Sequence record: SRR31156797_11293
Reading direction: 5' to 3' (one strand)
Length of the DNA: 56,712 bases
Positions within the stretch are counted from its first letter, which is position 1. Every line of letters begins with the position of its first letter. The position numbers and the translations under genes were made by a program. Below, piece by piece: positions 30,232-39,942 of the stretch. Under the pieces are notes generated by a model. That model saw only the letters and a list, made by a program, of their open reading frames with translations. It had not been told where the DNA came from and made no database searches.

Positions 30232-31023
30232 TTACCCTCTTACAGCGAGAAGGACATCAGCAAGTTCACGAATGACGCCTTCGCCGCCTCGGGCGGTTGT
30301 GATGTAATCCGCCTGAGCAAGAATGGAGGGATGCGCATCCGCTGGTGCCACTTTAAATCCGGCCAATGCCATACCAGCAGCATCATTGACATCATTACCG
30401 ACAAAAAGGACTTCGGCCACAGATATGGACCGTTTGTCCGCCAACTCAAGCAGGGCGGACGCCTTGTCACGGATGCCATGAATGGCTTCCAACTTAATTT
30501 TGTCGGCTCTGGCTTTCACGACAGGATTGACTTCCGTGCTCAAAATGACCTGTTCAAGGCCGAGCTTACGAATCATGCCGACTCCCATACCATCACCACG
30601 ATTTGCCCGGATATATTCCCGCCCATCCTGATCCACGGATACCGTATTGTCTGTCATGACCCCGTCAAAATCATACACCACAAGCTTGACCTTGTCGGCA
30701 CCAGGTAGACCACGCTGGGTCAAGGCGATCATCTCACCGTCCAGACCGAGGTAAAGCGGCTTGTCACCCATGAGTTTCTCAGCACGCCCACCGCCGTTAT
30801 CCAAAATAGCCGTTACAGCCTGTGCTACATCCGGCACTTCGATGGTTACAATGACACACCCGCCAGCCGTGGTATCCTTGGCCTCTACCAGACGCAGACA
30901 TTGCCCAAATGCTCCCATGAGCAAAGCGTCCCATGCGAGGTTAAAACCAAGGGCTTCCTTGTAGAACGCGGAAGATTTTTCGATATTCCTGACCAACAGG
31001 GTGACGGGAGGATAGGCTGTCAT
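30232..31023 (-). CDS. VOC/glyoxalase-like domain fused to KdsC/YrbI-type HAD phosphatase
   Basis: N-terminal VTLLVRNIEKSSAFYKEALGF; C-terminal YDFDGVMTDN, ILSTE, K, VGNDVND, GGEGVIRE; GGAG RBS. Confidence 0.85.
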   Translation of the reverse strand: MTAYPPVTLLVRNIEKSSAFYKEALGFNLAWDALLMGAFGQCLRLVEAKDTTAGGCVIVTIEVPDVAQAVTAILDNGGGRAEKLMGDKPLYLGLDGEMIALTQRGLPGADKVKLVVYDFDGVMTDNTVSVDQDGREYIRANRGDGMGVGMIRKLGLEQVILSTEVNPVVKARADKIKLEAIHGIRDKASALLELADKRSISVAEVLFVGNDVNDAAGMALAGFKVAPADAHPSILAQADYITTARGGEGVIRELADVLLAVRG

Positions 31024-31120
31024 CGTGACTCCTTTGGATGCGTTATTTGCGCTGTAGACTACCTTGCTCGCCTCAATGGTGCAACCGTATGCGAGCTACG
31101 ACCATTCAAGAAGGGGACAT

Positions 31121-31172
31121 AAAAAATCGACCCCTCACACACGATGTTTACACACGAAGTAAGAGGCCGATC
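31121..31172 (-). terminator. Candidate terminator of the RND operon
   Basis: On the minus strand ATCGGCCTCTTAC pairs with GTGAGGGGTCGAT (G-U pairs valid only on this strand) and is followed by a T-run; the loop is large. Confidence 0.55.
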
Positions 31173-31259
31173 ACCTACACACAACGATTCTTCTCATGAT
31201 TTCATGATGTTTCCGCTGTTTCTAGAATTTAACTCATGTTTATCCAGAAAACACAATCA

Positions 31260-34200
31260 TTATATTTCACCCACATTTTGCACCAACCCCGCCTTTTCAG
31301 CGCGCTTCTTTTCTTTCCGTTCCTTGCGGCGCATAAGCAAATCCCACTCAAGGGGCATAACGATCAATGTCAACGTTGTGGCCACACATAATCCAGTCAC
31401 AAATGTCGTGGCCATGGTACCCCAGACCATTGAATAGTAGGGAATACCAAGAGCCATGGGGAGCAGGCCCAACGTCGTGGTCAACGTTGTCATAAGGATT
31501 GGCCTGAGCCGGATACGCACACCTTCACGAATAGCTTCGGCGCGACTATACCCCGCAGCATATAACCGGTTGATAAAATCAAGGAGGACCAACGAATCAT
31601 TGACCACAACACCAGTCACACCCACGGTCGCGATAAAGCTGTTTACCGTGAACAGCGAACGGGTGAAAAAAGTACCAAAAACCACGCCGGTCAAAGCGAA
31701 TGCGACAGCCGACAAGATAATTGCTGGCTGAACATAGGATTGAAACTGACAGGCCAAAATGGTGTACATAAGCATAATCGCAATGAAAAACGCATACATA
31801 AGCGAAGTAAAAGAACGCCCTGTAGACTCAAATTCACCGGCAAAACTCAGAGTCGCCCCCGGATACTGATGCTGAATGGTCTCATAGTAAGCCTTCACAT
31901 CATGCACTACGCTGGTTGCACTGACCGGCGCACCAGCCCGTATGTTGGCCGTCAGAGTAATGGCCCGTTGCCCTTGGAAACGATTCAACTGCCCCGGCTC
32001 ACGGTAGCTCTCAACGTCCACCAAATCGCCCACACGAACCGGCCCCTGATCATCTTCAAGAATGGGAATATCCAAGGCGTCTTCCGGCTGCTTCAGAAAC
32101 CGCTTGTCAATCTTCATGCGTAGGTCGATATCCTCATCTGCTGCACGAAACTTACCAACAAATCGGCCATCTAGAATCCCCCCGGCCAAGGCGATAACCT
32201 GCGACGGAGTCAGACCGTATTCCGAAACAAGACTCGGTATGGGACTGAACCGAAACACACGGTTGTCGGTTCCGGTATCAGCGGTAAAATCAAGAAGATA
32301 TGGTGACAATACGTCATTTTTCTTGATCCACCCGTTCATATCATTTGCCAAAGCCAAAACAGCATCCTGATCTGGACCGAGGACGCGAATATTCACATCC
32401 TTGCCCGCAGGCGGTCCACCTTGTTCCGGCCAAACACGCAGTCTCCAGCCGTCTGTTGCCAATGGCTCAAGCTTTCGCCGCACGACTTCGAGAAGCAATT
32501 CCGGGTCATTATCCGGATTTTCAATATATTCCTGCTCACCTTGAACCGGCAATTCCACGGTCACAATGGCCCGATTGGACCCGAAAATATTTTCATAATC
32601 TTCATTGATATCCATTCCACCAAGCCCTGAACACGCCTTGGTTGTACCGGGACCAAAAGCCAACACTGCACGCGACACTTCCTTTGCCTTTGCCGAGGCA
32701 GTATAGACATCTGTCCCGACAGGCCCTTCCATGGAGACATAGTAGAGTGTGTATTCATCAGGGAAAAATTTGATCCGCAACAGAGGCATGACGCCGGACA
32801 CAGACACACCGAGCATAATGATGGCCAGTAGAAAAGCTCCAAAGACAACACTCATGGATTTCCATTTATGCCGCATGGCCAATTGCAGGACTCCGTCCAC
32901 CATCCGTTTCAGGGCAATAAGAAACTTTGGGTCCTTGCCGTGAAATGAATCCTTTTTGGCATGCGTTTCCAATTTTTTAGCACCTGGCCAATCGAGAAAA
33001 TGCGAAGGCAGAATAAACAGGCATTCCACAATGGAGGCGGCGATGGCAAAGCTGACTGCCTTGGGTACCTGTGCAAAGAATTCACCCGTTGACCCTGACA
33101 TGATCAGCATAGGTAAAAAGGCAGCAACCGTCGTCGATGTTGCGGCGAGAACAGGCAAAAACACTTCACTGGTACCAACGATAACCGCTTCCTTAAGCTG
33201 CAACCCTTCCTGAACGTGCCGATAGATATTTTCCACAACCACGATGGCATCATCCACGATTATACCGCTCACCAACACAAAGGAAAACAACGTGATTTCA
33301 TTGATGGAATTGTTGGTCAGCCACATAATGATCATGGTCACCAAAAAGGAGAAAGGCACGCCTACCGTGGTCAGCATGGCGTTACGGAAGCCCATGACAA
33401 TCCAGATGCACACGCAAACCAAAACAATACCGACCAGCAGGTTTGATCCCAACGTACTGATATTATCGTTCACATTGATTCGCTGATCCTGCGTCATGAC
33501 CGTTTCGACGCCTTCCTTGTCCAGCACAGGCTTAAACGCGGCCACGACTTTTTCAACTTCAGCGCCGATATCAAGGGAATTTCCTTGGGGCGTCTTGAGA
33601 ATCTTGATCGAAATGGAGTCCTTGCCGTTGACCGATGAAACTACGAACGGGTCTCGATAATCCATACCGGCATGACTCAGGACGTCCCCAACGGTCACAA
33701 ACGATCCATCAAGATCCCGACGAACCACTGTGGCTGCAATTTCATCACGGGATCTGAATTTTTCATCAACCACAATGACATATTCACCGGAATCACTGAC
33801 AAAATCACCCGCAGGGACTGAAACATTCGCCCCTTCAAGAGCCTGACCAACCTCGTCAAAGGTCACTCCCAACTGCATCATTTTCTGCGGATCAAGCGAC
33901 ACATGAAATTCACGCTCGTATTCACCATCGATCTGGACTTCCTTAACTCCGGGAATGCGTTGCAGTGGCAACTTCATTTCCTCGGCCATCAGGGTCAATG
34001 CCCGGTTTGATCTATCACCCACCAGATTAACAGATATGACAGGAAGCCACTCGGAAACCCTGATAACCATGAAGCTCGGAGGGTCCATCTCATCAGGCAG
34101 GTCGTTCTGCACCGACAACACCTTGAAACGCAACTCGTCATACAAAGTGTCGTAGTCGGTATCATCCAAAAACTTGACCATAATGGATGCACGTTGGCGG

Positions 34201-34478
34201 AATGACCGGGACCGGATAAATTCCACTTTCTCCAGATCCTGCAAGGCATCCTCAATCTTGCGCGTAACCAATGTTTCCACTTCTTCAGGGCTTGCACCCG
34301 GCAGAAAACCACTGATAATCACCTTGCCCATGCGCACGTCGGGATACCGTTCAACCGGCAGATCAAAGACGCAAAAAACACCCACCACCATGAGCAACAC
34401 GAATAAGAGATTCACGAAGACTTTCTGACCAAGCGTCAGACGTATCAAATTCTGGACCGGAGAATATTTTTTCATCAT
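31260..34478 (-). CDS. RND efflux permease (AcrB/AcrD/AcrF family)
   Basis: PGASPEEVE, GIIVDDAIVVVENI, GVVVNDSLVL, RLRPILMTT; ~1070 aa. Confidence 0.95.
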   Translation of the reverse strand: MMKKYSPVQNLIRLTLGQKVFVNLLFVLLMVVGVFCVFDLPVERYPDVRMGKVIISGFLPGASPEEVETLVTRKIEDALQDLEKVEFIRSRSFRQRASIMVKFLDDTDYDTLYDELRFKVLSVQNDLPDEMDPPSFMVIRVSEWLPVISVNLVGDRSNRALTLMAEEMKLPLQRIPGVKEVQIDGEYEREFHVSLDPQKMMQLGVTFDEVGQALEGANVSVPAGDFVSDSGEYVIVVDEKFRSRDEIAATVVRRDLDGSFVTVGDVLSHAGMDYRDPFVVSSVNGKDSISIKILKTPQGNSLDIGAEVEKVVAAFKPVLDKEGVETVMTQDQRINVNDNISTLGSNLLVGIVLVCVCIWIVMGFRNAMLTTVGVPFSFLVTMIIMWLTNNSINEITLFSFVLVSGIIVDDAIVVVENIYRHVQEGLQLKEAVIVGTSEVFLPVLAATSTTVAAFLPMLIMSGSTGEFFAQVPKAVSFAIAASIVECLFILPSHFLDWPGAKKLETHAKKDSFHGKDPKFLIALKRMVDGVLQLAMRHKWKSMSVVFGAFLLAIIMLGVSVSGVMPLLRIKFFPDEYTLYYVSMEGPVGTDVYTASAKAKEVSRAVLAFGPGTTKACSGLGGMDINEDYENIFGSNRAIVTVELPVQGEQEYIENPDNDPELLLEVVRRKLEPLATDGWRLRVWPEQGGPPAGKDVNIRVLGPDQDAVLALANDMNGWIKKNDVLSPYLLDFTADTGTDNRVFRFSPIPSLVSEYGLTPSQVIALAGGILDGRFVGKFRAADEDIDLRMKIDKRFLKQPEDALDIPILEDDQGPVRVGDLVDVESYREPGQLNRFQGQRAITLTANIRAGAPVSATSVVHDVKAYYETIQHQYPGATLSFAGEFESTGRSFTSLMYAFFIAIMLMYTILACQFQSYVQPAIILSAVAFALTGVVFGTFFTRSLFTVNSFIATVGVTGVVVNDSLVLLDFINRLYAAGYSRAEAIREGVRIRLRPILMTTLTTTLGLLPMALGIPYYSMVWGTMATTFVTGLCVATTLTLIVMPLEWDLLMRRKERKEKKRAEKAGLVQNVGEI

Positions 34479-34493
34479 TCGATCCTCAGACTG

Positions 34494-35591
34494 CTATGGA
34501 TGGAGCAAAAACATATCGCCGGGCTGTACATCAGGGCTTGAAACACGTCGGTTGTCGCCATCTGCAGAACCGAGCAGGACAACTCGCACCCGTTCACCAT
34601 CCGGGGTCATGAGAAAATGCTCTTCATACGCCTTGATAAGCGCGGAGGAGGGCACCTCGACAGCACCACCGGGGTCTGGCAATTCTATGACCAACTCGCA
34701 CCGGATACCGCCACGGAATTCAATATCACCCTTGGATATTTCCAAATCCACATTGATTTTACGCGACTGAGGATCAAAGCCGGGGGATACCCGTTCGACC
34801 TGCGCCTGAATTGTGCTGTTCAAATCTGTGAGCCGGAGCGAAATCGTCTCACCCATATCTTTCAGCGCTCGATATTCTTCACTAGTCAAGGCAAAGGGGA
34901 CAAGGAGGACATCATATCGTCCCAATTCTGCAACCTTTTCGCCTTTGGTGATCCATTCGCCGGGTTCAACATACCGGGTAATGACCTTCCAACCCGACGG
35001 GCCGGTCAGAGAAAACCGTTTCATGCGCTCAATGAGCACACGTTCTTCCACCTGTTTTGCGCGAAGTTGTTGCAGGGCGGCCTGATGGGCCCGCACGTTA
35101 GAATCGAGAGTGGACTGAGCCGCATTCTGATTCTTGACCAGAGCCTCGTACCGCTCTTTTTCCTTTTTGTTGTAAACGAGATCACTTTTCAGACGTTGCT
35201 GATCAGTCCGATTGGTATCCAGATCCAAACGAATGAATGTCGTATCCAACTGCGCAAAAAGACCATTTGCGCCCAACGTGTCACCCACGTCAGCCGTAAC
35301 GCTCTGCACTCGGCCGGATTCCTCGGTAACCAGGGTCATAGAATTTCTAGCTCGTGTAAAACCGGTCAACGCAGATCGACGGGCGGCAGACTGTGCCACA
35401 AATGTCTCCGTAGATCTCGGAGGAGGAGTCTGACTCTGAGCTTCTGCTTCCGCGGCCTGAACAAGCCCGCTCCCTGGAACTGCGGCCTCTGTCGTGGCCT
35501 CGCTGCCACAGCCGCCAAGTAGAAACATTCCCGTCAACAAAAAGGGAAGTCCTGCGAGAAAAAATCGTGAGCATGATTTATATATGTGCAT
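34494..35591 (-). CDS. RND periplasmic adaptor (MFP), lipoprotein-like
   Basis: Lipobox-like LGGC, ESGRVQSV.ADVGD lipoyl half-motif, coiled hairpin, VEPGEWI, RVSP.FD.SR. Confidence 0.88.
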   Translation of the reverse strand: MHIYKSCSRFFLAGLPFLLTGMFLLGGCGSEATTEAAVPGSGLVQAAEAEAQSQTPPPRSTETFVAQSAARRSALTGFTRARNSMTLVTEESGRVQSVTADVGDTLGANGLFAQLDTTFIRLDLDTNRTDQQRLKSDLVYNKKEKERYEALVKNQNAAQSTLDSNVRAHQAALQQLRAKQVEERVLIERMKRFSLTGPSGWKVITRYVEPGEWITKGEKVAELGRYDVLLVPFALTSEEYRALKDMGETISLRLTDLNSTIQAQVERVSPGFDPQSRKINVDLEISKGDIEFRGGIRCELVIELPDPGGAVEVPSSALIKAYEEHFLMTPDGERVRVVLLGSADGDNRRVSSPDVQPGDMFLLHP

Positions 35592-35592
35592 G

Positions 35593-36210
35593 TCATTTTT
35601 CCTTTTTTCCGGGACGCATCCAAAAATCGAGAATACGGTCCATCAACATATCCATATCTACACCATCATGGAGCACGTCGACTTGACCAGTACTGACAAG
35701 ATGCGCCAATCCATGAACACCGGACCACAAAGCAAAAACAAGAGTATCGACATCCACGGAGCCAAAATACCCGGTATCGATACATTCTTGTGCCGTATTG
35801 CGAAAATGCGTGTATGAATGCATGGAACTGGCTGCCCATTCGCCATCGAGATCAACCTGATCACAATTGGTGCTGAACATGAGATGGTAATATTCAGGCT
35901 CACTCAATGCGAATTGAATATAACTTTTACCCCCGCTACGCATACGATCCATGGGGTCAGGGTAGCGCTTCATCCCTTCATGCTGCCGCTCGACATATCG
36001 TGCAAAACCTTCTTCTCGAAGCACCGATAAGATTTCACGTTTATTCTTGAAATATCGATAAATAGCACCGGGACTATACTCAATCACACCGGCAATCCGC
36101 CTCATGGATACATTTTCGAATCCTTCCTTTACAAAAAGATCCTTGGCCGCATCCAGAATGCGACGACGCATCTTTTCCCTTTCTCGCTCACGCCTGTTTT
36201 TCGTACTCAT
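35593..36210 (-). CDS. TetR-family regulator of the RND operon
   Basis: ILDAAKDLFVKEGFENVSMRRIA..SPGAIYRYFKNK; WSGVHG in the C-terminal domain; 1 nt from the MFP start. Confidence 0.93.
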   Translation of the reverse strand: MSTKNRREREREKMRRRILDAAKDLFVKEGFENVSMRRIAGVIEYSPGAIYRYFKNKREILSVLREEGFARYVERQHEGMKRYPDPMDRMRSGGKSYIQFALSEPEYYHLMFSTNCDQVDLDGEWAASSMHSYTHFRNTAQECIDTGYFGSVDVDTLVFALWSGVHGLAHLVSTGQVDVLHDGVDMDMLMDRILDFWMRPGKKEK

Positions 36211-36222
36211 AATCGCCTGCTA

Positions 36223-36255
36223 GCAAACTGTGTTCACTTTGTAAACAGTGTTCAC
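36223..36255. promoter_or_regulatory. Tandem TetR-type operators
   Basis: GCAAACTGTGTTCAC (36223-37) and GTAAACAGTGTTCAC (36241-55): imperfect 15-bp palindromes 18 bp apart, just upstream of the TetR start. Confidence 0.7.
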
Positions 36256-36309
36256 AAAATGTCACAAAGTCTCATTCAAATGACACACTTCAACAGCCTT
36301 CAATCACCC

Positions 36310-36816
36310 TCAATGTAATACGGACTTCATAGCGCAGCGGACAACTATATGGTGAAATGGACGTATTATATTAAAATAAATAGGACCGGCTGAATTGTTA
36401 TATTTGACCACTGTTGCGACATGAAATCGGCGTCTATCCGTTTCATCGTCCAAATTTTCGGCAACAACCCCGATGATTGCATCCAGATGCTTTTCCTTAC
36501 CTTCCGCAACCCAATATGTTTCGCGGTCAGATTCCACGACAGTAAAAAAGTCCGCTTTTTCTCCGGGCGAGAAAGGAATCGATTCTTCAGTAAACCGCTT
36601 TTTGTCCGGTATTTCCTGTTTCCCTTGTCCAAGGGACTTTAAAAGCCAAACACGCACTCTCCACAAGGCTCGCATCCAAGCCGGTTGATAGGATAAAACA
36701 CCAGCCACAAATTCGAGTAGCGCAGCTTCGCCTTCACCTGATTTTACATCGATATGGTCTGCACTCCTCATGAACTCTGCCAAAGAAGCAACATGTGACA
36801 ACCGTTCGTCATTCAT
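36310..36816 (-). CDS. DUF2867-like protein
   Basis: P.WM..L..VR, F.VV, KHLD, TVVKYNN..G..YF.IIRPFHHIVV; overlaps the upstream TetR stop; GGAGG RBS. Confidence 0.8.
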   Translation of the reverse strand: MNDERLSHVASLAEFMRSADHIDVKSGEGEAALLEFVAGVLSYQPAWMRALWRVRVWLLKSLGQGKQEIPDKKRFTEESIPFSPGEKADFFTVVESDRETYWVAEGKEKHLDAIIGVVAENLDDETDRRRFHVATVVKYNNSAGPIYFNIIRPFHHIVVRCAMKSVLH

Positions 36817-37432
36817 AACTCCTCCTTACAAGAACACCATCAAAAACCACATCCAAAAGCGGCTCTACTCCAGCCATTTGAATCTCTGGATCAAATGTTT
36901 CTGAGGTCAACCCTTGAATCAGACCTGTAAGATAAAGACTCCAACACACGGAACCAAGTGCCAATGCATCTACATTGCGCCTAATTTCACCTCGCTCTTT
37001 GGCTGCATCCACAAGAATTTTAAACCGGACCATTACATCCTTAACTTGGCCTTCGAACCTCTCTTTCCACTCGCCTGTTGCAAACACCGCCTCCTTGGCC
37101 ACCGACTGAAGGAAAACAATGTTTGCTCTGTAATATCGATATAAAGACCCAGTTATTGAAAGGAATTGCTCCTTCAGAGAACCGTCAACCGGGACGGACT
37201 CGACGGCCTCCAGTGAGACTTCATTAATCTCGTCATAAAAGACAGACAGAAGCAGGGTGTTCTTATCCTTGAAGTGAAGAGAAATCGTTCCAAGACCTAC
37301 CCCGGCAACTTCTGCAAGACCACGCATGGTCGTTTTCTCAAAACCCAATTCTATAAATTGGGCACGAGCGGCTTGCAGAATCTTCTCCCTAAGATCGAGT
37401 TTCCGTTGATCGCGCAGAGTCATTTTTGTCAT
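36809..37432 (-). CDS. TetR-family regulator
   Basis: ILQAARAQFIELGFEKTTMRGLAEVAGVGLGTISLHFKDK. Confidence 0.92.
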   Translation of the reverse strand: MTKMTLRDQRKLDLREKILQAARAQFIELGFEKTTMRGLAEVAGVGLGTISLHFKDKNTLLLSVFYDEINEVSLEAVESVPVDGSLKEQFLSITGSLYRYYRANIVFLQSVAKEAVFATGEWKERFEGQVKDVMVRFKILVDAAKERGEIRRNVDALALGSVCWSLYLTGLIQGLTSETFDPEIQMAGVEPLLDVVFDGVLVRRSYE

Positions 37433-37443
37433 TTGGACGTCCT

Positions 37444-37482
37444 TTTTATGAACACGTTCATCTACTGAACATGTTCATAAAA
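37444..37482. promoter_or_regulatory. Tandem TetR-type operators
   Basis: ATGAACACGTTCAT (37448-61) and CTGAACATGTTCAT (37465-78, perfect core TGAACATGTTCA), 17 bp apart and directly upstream of the TetR start. Confidence 0.75.
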
Positions 37483-37606
37483 CGACTTTCTCTTTTTGGT
37501 CAACTATTAAATTTAGATGAATATAAGGAATAACCTTGGTCAATATGATCCTATTCTCAACGATTTTACCAAAGGACGGTTTGCACTCTGTTTATCATCC
37601 CGAACC

Positions 37607-37646
37607 AAAAGAATAGCTAGCTATACAAATTGATATAGCCAACTAT
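37607..37646 (-). terminator. Candidate terminator of the permease gene
   Basis: Minus-strand stem ATAGTTGGCTATA/TATAGCTAGCTAT (13 bp with G-U pairs) followed by TCTTTT. Confidence 0.5.
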
Positions 37647-37677
37647 GTTTAGTCCATAAACACCTATATTATCGGGA

Positions 37678-38901
37678 TTATGACTTCAAAACGTCAAGAA
37701 TTTCAATATTAGCAGCCTGCCATGCAGGATAGGCCCCAGCAACAACACCAAGCAGGCAGGAACCAACCAGTGTGATCAATAAACTGGTAGGTTCAATAAC
37801 CACAGGCAGTCCGGCAAGAGAGCAACCGACAACAACCAAAACAATTGTTGCAAGTACGCCAAATCCACCGCCGACGGCCGCCATGAGTCCCGACTCAAAA
37901 AGGAACTGACGGATGATATCGCGTCGGCGTCCACCCACCGCTCGACGCACGCCGATCTCGACTCGTCGTGCCCGAACCACCAAAATCATAATTGAGAGAA
38001 TACCAAGGCCACCGACGCCAAAGGAGATTGAAGAGGTGATACCACCCAACGTGGTCATGAGTTCCAAGGCCTGCCTTTGCAATTTCATGGCATCCTTTGG
38101 TGACATGGCACTGAAGTCATCGGGTTCTCCAGGATCAATGTTGTGACGCTGGCGCATGATTGACTGTACAGCACCATCCACCACATCACGGCCCGCATCT
38201 TTGGATAACCTCAGGAACACGCCACTTATCCATGTCTGATTGCTGGCTCGACGCATATAGGTTGTGATCGGAACAAGCATAATTTCGTCCTGATCCGTTC
38301 CAGAGACATCACGCCCTTTCGCTTCCATCACACCTATAACCCGAAAACTTGCCCGATAAAGATAAATCTGTTGCCCAACAGCGTTCGCAGAATCATCGAA
38401 TAAAGCCTTGGCTATGGTTTGTCCCAACACACACACCATGGCTCGATCCTCAACTTCCTTCCAATCAAAAAAACGTCCATATTCCGGCCTGAAATTACGG
38501 ATATCCTGATAATTCGGCCACGCCGCCAGAACCACGGCATTCACCGCATTTCCATTACCACGCACCTGCATTGATTGCGTAACATAGGGGGTTCCCTCCA
38601 AAACGGATGGAACGCCATCTATCAAGGCCTGCGCATCCTGAACCGTAAAATTCCTGGTGACACCAGAGAGTCGAGCACTACCGCTTCTGGTAAAACGAAC
38701 CTGACCGGCCATGACGGAGTAAAGATTGGGACCAAGTTTTTCAGTCTCCAATTCAGCCCGTTTAACCATAATCTTTGAAACATGCTGCACACCGGTAAAA
38801 GCCAATGCACCGAGGAAGACACCCATCATAGCCAAAATTGCACGCAGCTTATGTGCAGAAAGCGATGATACGGCGATTCTAAAGTTAAGTGGAAGCAGCA
38901 T
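37678..38901 (-). CDS. MacB/FtsX-type ABC transporter permease (no ATPase domain)
   Basis: K.R..LAMMGV, GRFF, FRVIGV, GGLGILSIM..V..RRVEIGVRRAVG, QFLFES, YPAWQAA. Confidence 0.9.
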   Translation of the reverse strand: MLLPLNFRIAVSSLSAHKLRAILAMMGVFLGALAFTGVQHVSKIMVKRAELETEKLGPNLYSVMAGQVRFTRSGSARLSGVTRNFTVQDAQALIDGVPSVLEGTPYVTQSMQVRGNGNAVNAVVLAAWPNYQDIRNFRPEYGRFFDWKEVEDRAMVCVLGQTIAKALFDDSANAVGQQIYLYRASFRVIGVMEAKGRDVSGTDQDEIMLVPITTYMRRASNQTWISGVFLRLSKDAGRDVVDGAVQSIMRQRHNIDPGEPDDFSAMSPKDAMKLQRQALELMTTLGGITSSISFGVGGLGILSIMILVVRARRVEIGVRRAVGGRRRDIIRQFLFESGLMAAVGGGFGVLATIVLVVVGCSLAGLPVVIEPTSLLITLVGSCLLGVVAGAYPAWQAANIEILDVLKS

Positions 38902-38932
38902 TGTTTAATTTCCGTCGTAGGCGGTCAAAATT

Positions 38933-39598
38933 CTATTTATAGCAGGATCTGTTCCACGCTATATTGCCATTAAATATATGTTGCCACAACCGCTCAAAGG
39001 CATGCCCTGTGTTATTCTCATCAAGAGGGTCTTGCTCGATCATCCGCAAACAATATTCATAAAAAGCCTTGGGTCGAGTTCTGATACGCTCACCAGTTAC
39101 ACAGAAATTGCCTGTGGGAGCGCGAGCGATAATTTGCTTTGGCATTGGGGCGGAAAACAACTGCTCAAAAACTTCCCCTACAGGTATGTCTTTACCCCAA
39201 CCCGACCAACGCCCCTCATTCTCAGGCTTACGCAAATCATGAGGCTGACCTAATCGATCACATTTGAGCTTAAACCACGCCAATCCTTTAAAGGGAGTAG
39301 AGCGATCCACAATATCTACAAGCTGATTTCGCAGAGTTTTGATAGCAGCACGACCTCGATCATCAATATGATCAAAAGGGTCACCCTGCAAAAAAACATT
39401 CATAGTGGCTAGCTGGTCATATTCACTTACGATGTGCGTAAAATAGGTATGCGCTTCTCGCCCGATATTATCGAGATGACGTGTGTTTATGGCGGGATTA
39501 TCACTCTTGTCGTACACAACGTAATCATATCCTAAAGCATCGACCCAACCAATGTCTTCATTATACTTAGCTATGATCACTTTGACATTATCACGCAT
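38933..39598 (-). CDS. DUF3431-like protein
   Basis: IIAKYNEDIGW, VYDK, NIGREAHTY..HIV..YD.L, VFLQGDPFDH, F.V..ERI..RP..FY, GHAFERLWQHIF. Confidence 0.75.
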   Translation of the reverse strand: MRDNVKVIIAKYNEDIGWVDALGYDYVVYDKSDNPAINTRHLDNIGREAHTYFTHIVSEYDQLATMNVFLQGDPFDHIDDRGRAAIKTLRNQLVDIVDRSTPFKGLAWFKLKCDRLGQPHDLRKPENEGRWSGWGKDIPVGEVFEQLFSAPMPKQIIARAPTGNFCVTGERIRTRPKAFYEYCLRMIEQDPLDENNTGHAFERLWQHIFNGNIAWNRSCYK

Positions 39599-39942
39599 AT
39601 AATTGCCTTCAACTCTAGATTTTCAACCGCAACACTCTTCAACGTCATGCTCTAATTCTAATTTTCTTCTTCCAATTAGAATTTTTTTATCAAAATCACT
39701 GCTTTTTCGTTATTTGCCAGTATGATTATTCCCCGATCAAGGGACATCAAATCACGCACCAATCACATATTTAATCAATAATTTCAGATTAATATCACAT
39801 TTTCATTTTCTGTTCCATCAGATTATCATCAACCATAAGTACACTCACTGATGAAACAGAGGACACAAAAGGGTACATGGCAATCGATTTCATAGCCAAA
39901 ACTAACTCAGCCAAATGTTCGATTCAACACATTTGGACAAGA

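Noticed and set aside
31137..31184. Three ACACAC(G/A)A direct repeats as a mini-array or CRISPR
   Set aside because: Too short and irregularly spaced; the region is explained by a minus-strand terminator hairpin. No CRISPR array or cas gene is seen in the window.
34617..35522. 301-aa + strand ORF
   Set aside because: Antisense to the MFP gene; shadow ORF.
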